A DNA stretch of 52,206 bases, filler included, from Bipalium vagum (lineage: Eukaryota): NCBI GenBank assembly GCA_037834085.1. It is 3 parts of 3 records of this genome, joined end to end, with 100 filler letters (N's around TTAATTAATTAA, not from the genome) between each part and the next. Parts side by side here need not be neighbours in the genome. Positions count along the whole stretch, not along the records: positions 1 to 16,613 come from JBBMKC010102949.1; positions 16,714 to 33,103 come from JBBMKC010113539.1; 1 more part is not named here. One strand, given 5' to 3'. Shown here in pieces: positions 9,421 to 21,908 of this stretch. The translations under genes and the position numbers were made by a program. The notes below the pieces were generated by a model. The model was not told the DNA's origin and made no database searches. It was given only the letters and a program-made list of their open reading frames with translations. Every line of letters starts with the position of its first letter. The first letter of the stretch is position 1.

Positions 9421-11799
9421 TGCTCCTAGATAGTAAAAATTGTGTTGCTCATCCTCTTCACTTCGTTTTAATTACTTTTTTTGTTTAACAGTTCACATAC
9501 TTATTGGGGTCGATAACTGTCTTCTGGAAGACCTCTGAGCCAGGGAACGAAAGTGCTAGATGATTATTCTTTCCTTTAGCTAATCGTAAGTACCACTTGA
9601 GGATTCTCATAAAGCGGGATATTACTGTTCACAATAACCATTCCTAGTCCACTTGAGAACTTTAGAAATAGAAATCATCGTTGTCATAACGAATATCATG
9701 TGTGAATTGCAATTTTCATTTCGTTGACAAAATGATCTAATGGAACACTGATAACAGAGGCCGTCCACCCATCCTTAATCAGGTCTACTTTTGAAATGAT
9801 TAACAGTTAGCTAAAAAATATGATCCCTTATTACTTATCAAGGTCTATGAGATTTTCATTAATAAGAGAACTAGTCAAATCGTTCAGAGTAACTCTCTTA
9901 ATTGGTTCAACGTGAACGTTAGGTGCACAATTTTCAAATTAAATTGTAAGGAGACCTTCAATCTAACTTTTCCCTGATATTCGCATAATCTGGTTCATGT
10001 ACTATTTATGACGAGTCAGTCCCAGAGGTTTTGTGATTTCCTTAGAGCAATGTTTTGGTCCCAATCTTCAGAAAGAATCAGGTATAAAAAACTGAAACAA
10101 ATCGATCTAAAATTCTGCTTGGTTTTTATTTCATTTCAATTTTAAAATTTTAACTTTATTCTTTTGAATAACTTCCTTCACTTTTAACTATTTTCGCATG
10201 ATATTTTCTTCAAATTTACTTTTCGTTGTTTATCCGAGTTTCATAATTTCGGTGGTCATGGTTAATTATCATCAATGTTTATATAAACACATCTAAAAAA
10301 ATTCTGTTTAAATCGTATCAGAACGGTAAAGAGGAATCTGAATTTAGAGTTATGAATATTATTTATATAATACGTATTATTATTTAATGGTTCCAATATG
10401 AAGAATTTCGCCAATAATTAAAAACTCCAAAACTTCAAAGATCCTTAGGCCTGTATAGACGACAGGGAAATTTTGAGAAGTCCACAGAAACCGGAAAAGA
10501 AAGCGAAGAAAACCAAATGAAGATGTTTGGTCAGTCTATGAAAAAGCGTCTGCGAAGAAGTATATGTGGAGAAGCTAAGACAGAGAAAAACGAAACTCTT
10601 CTTGCTTAGATCACAAAACGACGAATGCGTAAAGCCTTAGAATTCTCAAGGATCATCATTACTAGGACAGCTAAGTGCATTTTTTGCACTTTTTGCATTA
10701 TTTGGAATTATTTTTGCATTACTTAATGCAAATTATAAATGCAATTTTGTTTAAATAATAAATATTAAAAGGTACAATTTTAAATAATCGTTCGTAATTA
10801 TTGTTTATTATTATTAATTATTAAGTAATTTAAAAATTATTTTTTGATATACGAAATGCAATTCTGAAAATTGAACACAATTACGGTCAAAAGTCACATT
10901 TAGTCACATGAGTTAATTTTACCTTGGCAAATGATGGTACGGTTGAATAAAGTTTTGTAATCCATATCTAAATTTTTATAATTTTTTTCTAAATAGCTTT
11001 GAAAATTTTTTGCATTATTCTTAAGAAAATTTGCACTTTTTTTAGAAAATTTTTGCATTTTTTTGGTTACCCTGAATCTTAATTTATAACTTAAAATCCT
11101 TGCCGGATCCCTTATAAGTTTTTTCTTGATTCGTATGGTATCTTCGATTACAATTCTTATCGAAAAGATTGGCGAATCGAACATGTAAAGGTTTTATCAA
11201 AAAATATGGAAGAATTCAAAGGTCACAATATTCTGAAACATCCAAAACTGACTCACATTTTGTGAAAGTCTCATTAAAGTCATGATATCATCTCGATTGT
11301 CATGTAATGCTGTTGTGGTTTTCTTCTTGTAGGTTGAGTGAGGTCACGTAAGTGATGACATGGAAGAATTGCAGGTGAGACGGAGTTGCAGTTTGGAAGA
11401 AACAAAACTAAACCAATTAAGTAGTAATAGCTTTTGGATCTAGGAGACGTTGAAAAAAAGCGACCCTCCTTTATTTAATATTCAACTGATTTATTGTGTG
11501 AAAACTTTTAAACCACCTTCACTTGATGAAATTGGCTAATTTATTGTCTTAAAATTCTTAAAGAATTACCTTTCAGAAACTTCGTTCTCACAATGAAACT
11601 TTAAATTTACCCCGGTAAGCTGGATGCATAAAGAAAAAATTTGATTTCAATTTATTATTATATATCGTAACATATCTTCAACGCAATTTCGAGACCTCTT
11701 AAATTTTGTTTATAAAATCCAATACTTGTCTACACAGTGATTATTCACTTACGTAATATACCTCTTAAAGCAACTATAAAAGTCATTCATATCATTTTG

Positions 11800-12150
11800 A
11801 CCCATTTACGGTAATATTCTGGTTGCGTCCATTTGAATACATCTTTTCTTATACAGACCTCGTCATGTGACTTTAGGATAGTTTTGATCTCATAAGGGTA
11901 AAGTTGAAGATCTATTCGTACACATTGTGTACAGCTCTACAACTGCATCCAACTTCCTTCTTCATACACCTGACTTATTTCGCATATTTGTTCATTATCA
12001 ATTGTTGGTCTTCCACACTTCCAAAAGTCACAAACACCCCCAGTCTCCCTGACTTTTAAGAATATGTTCCTCATTGAAAGAACGTGTGATTGATTCTATT
12101 TCAGGTCTCAGTAAAACAATGTGCACTCTTTCTTCAAAGGAGAACATTAT
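11800..12150 (-). mobile_element. Decayed Tc1/mariner (DUF4817-type HTH) 5' fragment
   Basis: MFSFEERVHIVLL...; KVRETGGVCDFWKCGRPT; DLQLYPYEIK across frameshifts. Confidence 0.55.
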
Positions 12151-12465
12151 TGAAATCTGAATTCACTGCCAAGAAATTCGATAACATCGCTTACTGACAC
12201 AACTTTACTCTCACATTAACTTTCTTACTTGGTAGAAAGGGCTTTCATGTTTCGGCAATAATTCTAATATTGCTGAATGAAATTTACTTGTTGAATGTTG
12301 AAATGAATTTAAAGATAAAAAGACCCAACCATCTGATATTACTATTTTATAAGATAAATTAACCTCTTGACGTAACAACTGTCGAAAGATGTCAAAAAGG
12401 AAAAATATAAATCTTGGTCCCCCTGTCAAGAGGAGAAGGGATCACTCAATTTCACTCTGAGAATC

Positions 12466-15400
12466 TCACTTGAGGATTTGGTTGACAATCTCCACATAGC
12501 TTGCTTTTTTGTCAAAAGAATCTGCGTTATACATTTTTCTGATTTCCTCCCTGACCTTCTGAGCTTCATTTGCATAGCACCGAGACTGTGAACTAAATTA
12601 AGACTGGTACCCAATGTCCATCATGTTACCTGGATCATTTTATTCAACTTTTCCTGTAGAAAGAGGTCATTTTGCCTATCCTTCTCCATTATTTTCATCA
12701 TCATTTCGTAATGCTTATTTGCTTCTTCTTCCTGGATTCTAGACACCTTCATTACATTTCAAAGTCCATGACATATCAAACTCTTACATCTCCCGATTGT
12801 GTCGGTTAACGAGCTCCTTGTACTCTCGCTCGTACTGGATTTTTAACTGTTCCCTTTGCAGTTTGTCGGAAATTTTCTCCTCGGCTGTTTTAAGGCTCTA
12901 AAAGGAGGGATTGGGTGACATCATCTTTCCAATAAAGAGTACTATTTCCCGAAACTTTTCTAACTCGCTGTAATAATTCAGAATCTCCTCCTCCAACTGA
13001 TTCCTGCGATGGGAGACGTTTATCATCTTCGTCTCAAATGCTCGTCTAAATCACAATACGCCAGTCACAGCTCATCTTTAAATCATTTCACATGGGTATT
13101 TGTGAGGTGGGACATGTGGATGAAAGGTTGTCGTGATGCCAAGACAACGTTGGAAGATGACTATTTCTGAGTTCTTGTAATCAGAGACCTTTAAGAAGAG
13201 AATGTCGTGAGAAATTGATAGCAAAAGGGAAGTCAAAAAGGAAATATTGTCTCAAAAAGAAGATAGATGATTCCCTAAAATGTACAGGTCAATGAGAAGG
13301 AAAGGGTTTACGGTCTCATAGATTTTCAGGTTGTTACGACAGTCGAGGAAAGAAATTAAATTTCACAAAGAATGTGAAATCCTTTTCACAGTCACCGAGA
13401 GAGCAAGGTAGATCTGGCAAAGAGGTGCCGAAGGAGTGAGGTCGATAATAAATAGAAGAACGTACCGTTTGCTCTCGATCTCCAGCATCTTCCTCTTCTG
13501 AATTTCGTCCTTGTTTTTCGCGGCTCTGGATAATTTCGTTTCGAAGATTCTTCTTCTCTCATCCTTCTCGTCTCTAGAGGTAATGAAAGAAAATCGATCA
13601 GTCTCAGCGGTTTAATGTACATTTTGTGCTTTATAAGATCGGCAAAGTACCGTTTTGAATTGAAGTCATCAGGAAATATTTGGATCAATTTAAGAATGAT
13701 CGGATCAACATTGATTGAGGTATCTAGCAAGGAAAGATGAGCAAAACTGACCTATGTCAAGAAAGAACCAAAACTTGAATGGTACGTGTTTTGATCTCTG
13801 CAAAAAGGGTTTACGAAGTTCCGAAGACACGAATTGCAGTTCTAAGAACAGAACACTTTCAGCAAGTGACTCTCTCACCCTTTCGTCAAGAAAATCGAGA
13901 ACGTGTAGACGTGACTAAGTCTCCACAGATCAAGGTATGATTATGTTCAAGAGATTTTGATCCACTTTGATTTTCCTTCGGAAGCCGTCTTTAAATGTTT
14001 CATAAACCACGGATTCGGAACAATGCTGCTGAAGGTAATAATGGATTGCAGACCCAAGGATATGAGCAGGACAACATTAGATTCGGGGAACAATCTCAGG
14101 ATCAAAACAAGGAGAGGTCAAACCGTTTTTGATAATGAAAATTGTTCGACCGGTTTTAAAAGTGACAACGTCCATCCTCAAACTGTTATGCTGTAAAAAG
14201 GTGGAGGAAATGTGGAGATAAAGACAATTTAATAAAGATAATCTTCGTATAGATGCAACAGTGTGGAGAGAGTTTGGTCGATTTGTCATTGCCAAAGTTC
14301 TTTTAGAGACCGTGAAGAAGAAATCAAGATGTCTTCACCTTAAAAGGTTAATGTATGTCCACCTATATTTCGAAAGGAGACAACATTCAGGGTTTATGAA
14401 CAGGTGGATAACTGACAATGAAGACGGATTATATATATCAAAGATGTTCCAAAGATACGAAGGTCAATAAAAAACGAATTCCCTCTAATAGTTAGAAGAT
14501 CTGGGTCGACTGTAAGAACAGCGGCTTGCTGGGATTTGAAGAATACCACTCTTCATTGTCTGTTCATAAGATTTTTAAGGATTATGTGGGTTAATCAACG
14601 ATGCACAGAAGAATGAGATGCAGGGATACCAGGGTTAAACGCTTAGATTTACCATTTCTGAAAATCTAAGGCCTTTCATAGAAAAGGTCGACCATTCATA
14701 GTAATAATCTCTAAGAAAATGGGTGTCAGAAAGGTTCTTGCAAAATGAAGTAAGAAAGAAAATATTGTTTCAAAATCAACCTGCAATGGGCGAACTAAGT
14801 AAGTCCACCCCGTGCTTCTTTATCGATTATTAAAAGGTCAAGGTTAATTCGTTCGGAGTAACTGAGTGCACACCGTAGAGTTCTTTGTTTGTCTATGTCA
14901 AATGAATTACGACGGAATAACAAAAAGTAAATTATTCAGGACGTGTCGGAGTCCTACGAAGGTTCTCCCAGTTGACTCTCAGTCAAGTGAACAATGTCGG
15001 TTCTTAATTAACGACTTAAGTCTTTGATACTTTTCCCAAATGAGAATTCATCTTTAGCAATCTGTTTTAGAGGGACACGATTTAGAAAACTTTGACTAAA
15101 TTTTATGTTTCACTGATTTTCCTTGCAAGTTCATTTATTACTTGGCCAATTGCTCCAGGGCCCGACGCTTCTGGTGGAACTGCAACTCCCTCATCAAAGA
15201 ATTGGTGCTCCTCGACTCGTTCTAGAAAACAAAGAATAGAACTCGACGCTTCTCAGAATAATCAGCACTAGAACCGCTTGGCTGCTCGCTCCGTCTTTCG
15301 CCTGAGGTCCAGGAGATCCATTGTGCTTGGTAGAGGAGGCGAAACCTGAGTCGACATTCGCGGAAGAACGCCTGCGGCAGCTGGTTGATTGAAAAGTAAA

Positions 15401-15866
15401 AGGTCTTCAGGGATGAAGAATGAAAAGAAAATAGAATTACCAGTGATCGTCATCTGAGCACTCCACGCCTGAAAAAGTCATAAAACCATTCCAATAATCC
15501 ACTTTACCGTTCTTTCGCCCACTGTACTTTCTGCCCTCCACGAAGATGTCCTGTCGGCATGCTCGGAGCTCATTGGACAGTCGCTGTCGCTCCACCTTGG
15601 CTCTCAGGACGTTCACTGCGAAATTATATTAACGACTGCGGGAGAATAGTTTTTTGTTTACGCTTTCTCTGCTTCTCCATGTTGTCTCTCTCGACATCGG
15701 ACCGGTAATCGGCAAAGGCATTCGGCAAAAGGTCCAGCGGTTTCAGATTTAGATTTTGGCAAGCCTGCAGAGAAAGCGGACTCGTCAAGACGTACTCGCA
15801 ATTACGGAACTCCTCCTTCTCGAAATTATTCAAATCAATGTGATAACTTGGTTCACGATCCGTCAT
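12466..15866 (-). CDS. CCDC177: CCDC177/CCDC185-like (DUF4659) coiled-coil protein, multi-exon
   Basis: N-terminus IDLNNFE...YVLTSPLSLQACQNLNLKPLDLLP and C-terminus SRCYANEAQKVREEIRKMYNADSFDKK match the family. Phase-compatible GT-AG exons: 15662-15866, 15508-15615, 15441-15468, 15275-15380, 15142-15221, 13466-13573, 12943-13045, 12788-12897, 12630-12738, 12466-12585. Extra exons between 13600 and 15100 are unresolved. Confidence 0.8.
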
Positions 15867-16511
15867 TGTGAGACAGTTATCAGAAATGGTCGAACAGTCA
15901 ATCAAGCAAAAAGTTTACGAATTTGTAAATTGTTTCTATGACAACGGTAACTGAAAAGGGAAGTCAAATATTTAAACAAAAACGTTCAATCGAATTTAAT
16001 AAAATTATAAAAAATATATTTTATTAAATGTCAAAACGAAAACAAAAATAATTTTATTTCTGACAGTGAAAAATGAAAAAAAATTTGCGGTACATTCGAC
16101 CAGAAAAATAAAAATATCAAAATCTTTTTCATTGGTTTCAAATTTTCAATATTATGTGTTCCACTGTAATTAATTTCAATGATTAATTTCTTTTGACAAC
16201 TTCACATATCGGTGTCAGAGGTCAGATAACTGTAGAGATCGTGCCAAGAAGAAGCTAAAAAGGAACTTACTGAGACAACGGATAGTTGGTGCAACATTCA
16301 TTTTGATAACAGTCATCACACTTTGATTACACATTGTGTCTGGGAAATTCAATTCTATTTACTTGATTTTAATTTTGATATTTCACGTAGAAAGGTTATT
16401 TTCATTTCTTTTTCTTTTCAATAAAATCAATAATAAAGAGAAAAAAGTAAAAAATTTCAAATGAAAATAATCAATGAAATGACCTCATAAAGTATTAGAA
16501 AAAAGGATAAA

Positions 16512-16549
16512 AATAATAATAAAATATAATAATAAAATATAATAAGAAA

Positions 16550-16601
<52 letters not shown>
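16512..16601. repeat. (AAT)n microsatellite near the contig end
   Basis: Imperfect then perfect AAT run just before the N gap. Confidence 0.95.
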
Positions 16602-16613
16602 CAGAAGGAGAAG

Positions 16614-16713
16614 NNNNNNNNNNNNNNNNNNNNNNNNNNNNNNNNNNNNNNNNNNNNTTAATTAATTAANNNNNNNNNNNNNNNNNNNNNNNNNNNNNNN
16701 NNNNNNNNNNNNN
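16614..16713. other. Artificial contig linker (N44-TTAATTAATTAA-N44)
   Basis: Exactly 100 nt with a central 12-mer that has stop codons in all six frames; identical to 33104-33203. Confidence 0.97.
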
Positions 16714-16945
16714 ATATATCTTTATCTTATTAATGTTATGAGTTGTGATATTATTAAAATAGGCACCTTTTCTATTTGTAAACCTAATAAATATTATTTT
16801 TACAATATAAAATACAAAATCACATCTTTTATTCGGAGATATAAAAATAAAAATAGTAGACTTTACGAAGCCTTTTCATTCATATCAATATAAAATGTAA
16901 AATGTAAAATAAATGTAAATGTAAATTCAAATATCAAGTATCAAA

Positions 16946-19361
16946 TCAAATGTTGATCATTAGTTTCGGAGAGCTATCGTCACTCTCCATCGGCTCCTGA
17001 GGTTTGTCAGCGATCTCTGGAATCCGTTGCTTTGGATTTTGTTTTTGATCAGACTGGTTTTTACTAGTTTTACTGTGGATCCCAACAATATTTTTAATAT
17101 AATATATTTTTATATTATGTGTAAGATATTGTGTAATTACATGGTTTTAGAGCAATATAATGTCTAGAAATTTAACAGAACTTATATTTTTTTGAAAACC
17201 ATACAAAATCTAGTTAATCAAAATATTCAATCATATTGTTAATAAACTCCAGCTATTTTACAGGAAGCTTATTTATACTGCTTCAAAGTAATCTTCAAAT
17301 TTACCTAAGATGAAGCTGCCGAATATCTGTTCAATGTTCTCCTTTGTTCTAAATTATTTTCCTTGAATAAAATGATTCAAACTTCAAAAGTCTATTGGAG
17401 CAAAATCAGGGGAATATGGACGTGTTAGAGTTTTCAATTTCATCTCATGCAATGTTAAAACGGTCTTTCGGGAAGTGTAAGGGCGACCATTATTATTTGT
17501 AGAAGAATTGGTAAAGATCGAATTATTATTTTTAACTGCTTCAGTTGAAGTTTATTCATTATGATTTGCAGTTCGATGCAATAAGTGTCAAATGTAATTG
17601 TTCTGTCCGGTTTGATAAAACTGTAATGAATAAGACCAGCAGATGACCACCATTTTTTATCTCATGGATATTTTTTGATTCTTGACCCAGATTCATCCAT
17701 TTTGTCGCAAATTGTTGTTTATCATATGCAACCCATTTTGCGTTAAATGTAATAATCTGCTCTAATATAGGTTCGTTTTGATTGAGGATTAATAGGAGGC
17801 ATGATTCAATAAGAGCTAATTTCTGTAAATCGCTTAAGGCATGTGAAACCTATTTTCAATTTTTTGATTTCATCAATTTCAGTTAAATGATACAATTTTT
17901 TGATGCTCACTCTAAATCTTGGTAATCCTGATTAAGATTCGGATGGATTCATTTTAACCAATACACTCAATTCATCATTATTGGCCTTTGTCTCAGTTCA
18001 GCCTCATGGGTTATTACTCAAGTCAAACTTCCCCAAGCGGAAACAACTATGCAAGTATCGAACTGTACGTTTGTTGCACATTTTCTCACCACACGTTTCG
18101 TTTATGTTTCTTGCTGTTTGTGCAGAGTTTTTTTTTCACGGCGGAACTCATTTTCAAAAATGTATCTTAATTTATAATTTTCCATTTCCAGTTAAAATTG
18201 CATTTAATTTAGATTAACCAAGAAAATATTTAAAATGCAAATTAATATAAAAATGCTAAATATGTTAATAAAATAATACCATAAATATTAAGAAATCTCA
18301 ACTATTATTTTCATAATTTATGATAGAAATAAGTTTTAAAAAAATGGTAGCTTCAAACACCTAATATATACTGAGATTATGAATTTACACTAGGTTTAAC
18401 ACAAAAAAAGTTTATAGTAAAAATAATAATTTATCTTCTACACAAATTTTATATGTAGAGCCACGACAAAAATTTATTAAAAGATTTTAAAATTCATGAC
18501 CTTAAAGATTCTAAAAAATACATTTAAACAAAACGGGGTCAAACCGAATTTCAAAAAAGATTTTATATATCACTATTTATAATTAATATTATAAACAGTT
18601 ATATATAGTTATGTAGTTACAAAAATGTTTTTTAATTACTTATAGTATCATTTACTCTTAACTGTAAAGTTAATATTATAATTCAAGTTACAATTTGACT
18701 ATTTAGCTATCAGTTAGTAACAAAACCAGCTGGAACAATAACAATCTTTATTAATATCACAATACAGTATCCTCCTTTTAATACAACGTTAATTAGATAA
18801 AAGAAAAATAATCAAATACAAATTAATAAGAAATAAAGATAAGAAAAACAAATATCAATTCAATTTAAAATGGGTCAGTTTGCAAAAAATTTAAATACTT
18901 CAAAACTCAATGATGATAAGAAAGAATGTGTTAATGTTGAAAAATCACAAACATGGATCAGTCCACTTCAAGAAAAATAAACAAAACAAATTAATCTGAC
19001 TCAAAGACGAGAACGATAAGTTCACAGGATCGGTTGATTATCTATTCATAAAATGCATAACTCTTACTGATTTAAAATTATTCTCGAACTTTTGATAATA
19101 AATGGCTTCCATAATTTTTTTCCGATGATGTCTGTACAAATTTGTTTTTGCTAATATCTGAACAAATTTCTGCAACAACTTTATTTAAAAATAATTATTT
19201 TCTGATATAAAAACACTTCTAAAACTTTCTGAAGTAATGTCTGCCAAAACTTCAATAATCTCTCACTAGTTTTCCGCGTAGGAATGGGACAATCAGGTCT
19301 AATTTATAGCAATCTTCTTCCTGCCATTCAGATGATCTATCCGCCGACTGACTGGCGTCAT
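16946..19361 (-). CDS. Candidate 3' exons of an unidentified gene
   Basis: AG-flanked terminal exon 16946-17072 (KTSKNQSDQKQNPKQRIPEIADKPQEPMESDDSSPKLMINI*) and an AG/GT-bounded exon 19267-19361 (DASQSADRSSEWQEEDCYKLDLIVPFLRGKL). A possible exon lies at ~19090-19180. No family recognised. Confidence 0.3.
17230..18200 (-). mobile_element. Near full-length decayed mariner element
   Basis: N-terminal NSAQTARNINETCGEKMCNKRTVR...ETKANNDELSVLVKMNPS and C-terminal PYSPDFAPIDF; many disablements. Confidence 0.85.
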
Positions 19362-20659
19362 CTAGGAGAGCAATCCTCTCAAATGTATTTTAATACAAGT
19401 AAAAAGTAATTGTAGTTTTGAAACAATGTTCGATAAATAGTTTATACTGTTTCTTCAGATTAAAAATATTGAACAAATCTTTTATTTTTGGATTTCATGG
19501 GCTAATTGTATTTCTCAGATTAAGTATATTTTATTCACATTTTAACCATATAAAATTTATAACAATCAATACTTGTAGTCCTGAAGAGGATTATAATAAA
19601 TTATTTACTTAATTTTTTATTTACATTCTATTGCTGTTATAAACATAGCAGCATGCAAATGTCTCAATTTTCAAAAAAATTGACCCGGAAACATTTAGAA
19701 TACAGTTGAATTATTATTTGATGTTTCCTCAGCACAGGCTCGATTTGTCAAATAGCTTGGAAAGATGGACGTGGATAACTATTAAACGGGTGTCAGGTAA
19801 TTTGAAGCCCCCTTAAGAAGTAAAATTCTCAGATATGTTTTATATTATTTAAAGTGTTTCGATGCATGAATCAAAAAATCTAATGTCAAAAATTACAGTC
19901 AGTTTCGTTCTGATATTGATTGAAGAAGACTATTCAAGTTAAACCTTTCTTATTAGCACAAAATACAATCAGATGGTCCAAGTACTGATTGATCAATGGA
20001 ATTGTAAGCACTTAGATGAATATATGATCAGAAAATGTCCCACAGTCTTATTCAGAAGCCTACAAATTGATTTCATGTAAAGAGATTTATTGCGATGAAA
20101 TGGTACTGACAGCCAACTCAACTGAGGTCAAAAATCTATTTAATTTATTGGAGTCTTCGTTTCGAGGAGATGAATCCTAGAGATCTCATCGCTTTCAACT
20201 GTCACAGTAAAAATAAAATTCTGGTCAATAATGTCATTCCTCGTTCTGAATAACCGCCAACTTTCAAATTCTTATCTAATATTTATTCCATTGATACACA
20301 TGTATTTATGTACTAGTATAAATAAAAATACAAAAATTACTTAGTGTGTGTGTTTGATATTTCTATAGTGATAAATATAATTATTCATTTATTTTATTTT
20401 ATTTATTGATAATTATTAAGTACTATTATTACAGATGATTTTTTGACACATTCGAGTTTATTTTGATGCGCTGATTTTAAAAATCATATTAATTTTTCCT
20501 TTGCATGTCAGGATATTTTTAAACAAATAAAACCTAGTTTAGAAATATTGGGTTGATTCATAAGTTCATGCATTTTTTATGAAAATATTATGTTTTAGAG
20601 ATAAGAATCTGGCAATCAAACAAATTATATTCAGAAAAATAAAAACCATTATGTTCAAC

Positions 20660-21340
20660 TGTCTTAATCCACCGATGGACAAGTTGTTCGATGCCACTCC
20701 AGTACTATGCTTTATCTTTGGAAAGGAAAAATTCACGACATCCATTTTCAACCTGTTCTATATTCTCAAACTGTCGTTCTCTAAGGAAATGAGCAATTGA
20801 TCGGTAAAGGGGGTAATCGCTGGATGCTAGACTGAATGTAGGATGTGGTAAAATTTCAATTCCTTCTAATTGGGTAATTTTATTTTCGTTACTCGTTCAG
20901 TATGCGGACGAGCATTATTCTGTTACAGAAGCACCCGCTTTTTGTTGACTAAAGCAGGATATTTTATGGCTAATTGTTGGTACATCCGATCGAGTTAAGC
21001 AGAATAACTCAGCAGTAATGGTTTGGCCACCTGGAAGTACTTTGAAGTGTATAACAGTATATGCTTGACTATTGAAGAAAGATGCTGTCTAATATTGTCA
21101 TGCAAAAGAATGACTTTGTTTCGATTGCTAGCTATTGCTGGTCTTGTTTTAAACAATTCATAATTTAATCATTTTAGTTGATGCTGGTATCGTTTCCAGG
21201 AAACTGTTTCATTCGATTTCAAAAATTCATCGTACACGACATCTACCATACCCAAAAAAATATAAAGGATGATTTTCTTATCATAATTATTGCGATTTAT
21301 GGCGACAGATGATGTCTGTCCTGGATAAAATCATGATTTC
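20660..21340 (-). mobile_element. Two abutting mariner transposase fragments
   Basis: 21085-21340: VVYDEFLKSNETVSWKRYQHQL...KVILLHDNIRQH. 20660-21080: PALVNKKRVLL*QNNARPHT...EILPHPTFSLASSDYPLYRSIAHFL. Confidence 0.8.
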
Positions 21341-21908
21341 TTTCGTTTGTTAATATCTTTGGAACAAGTTTACTGATCTTAAGGAATTTTGTATTGAATG
21401 ATAAAATTATTTTTAAAATTAGTGTTTTTTCGTTGTCATGCAAAAATACATTATCAAATGCAGTATTTAATTAAACATAAGTCATAGCATAAAAGAAATT
21501 CGAAGGCATTTGTATAACTTTTCTGGTTTATGTTTTTAATAATTTTAATATTTACTGTTAATAATTTTTAATAATTTATTTATTTCTATAAAACAAGATG
21601 ACTCATTGTGAAACATTTTGGAGAAAAATATGGTTTACGAAAAATAATTATCAACAATTATTATTTTAGAGATTTATAATTTTTGAACTTGGGTAATTCG
21701 AATGTGTATTATGTTAATTAATACTATATAATTCTATATAACTTGAAGTTAATGTCAACATCGATAGAGTATGGCAACTTTAATAAGAAAATTTTGTTTA
21801 AATGCAGTCCTATTTGGATTGTTTAAATTACTTTTAATTACGAATTAAATCATTTAATTGCGAAAAGTTTTGTAAATTAAAATACTTATTATAAAAAATT
21901 AATTAATC

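Noticed and set aside
10440-10660. Possible RTE-LINE 3' fragment (purine-rich, GKRKRRKP-like reading)
   Set aside because: Too short and degenerate to support without a search.
16658-16669. TTAATTAATTAA palindrome as a biological site or CRISPR-like repeat
   Set aside because: Embedded symmetrically in N runs; an artificial linker.
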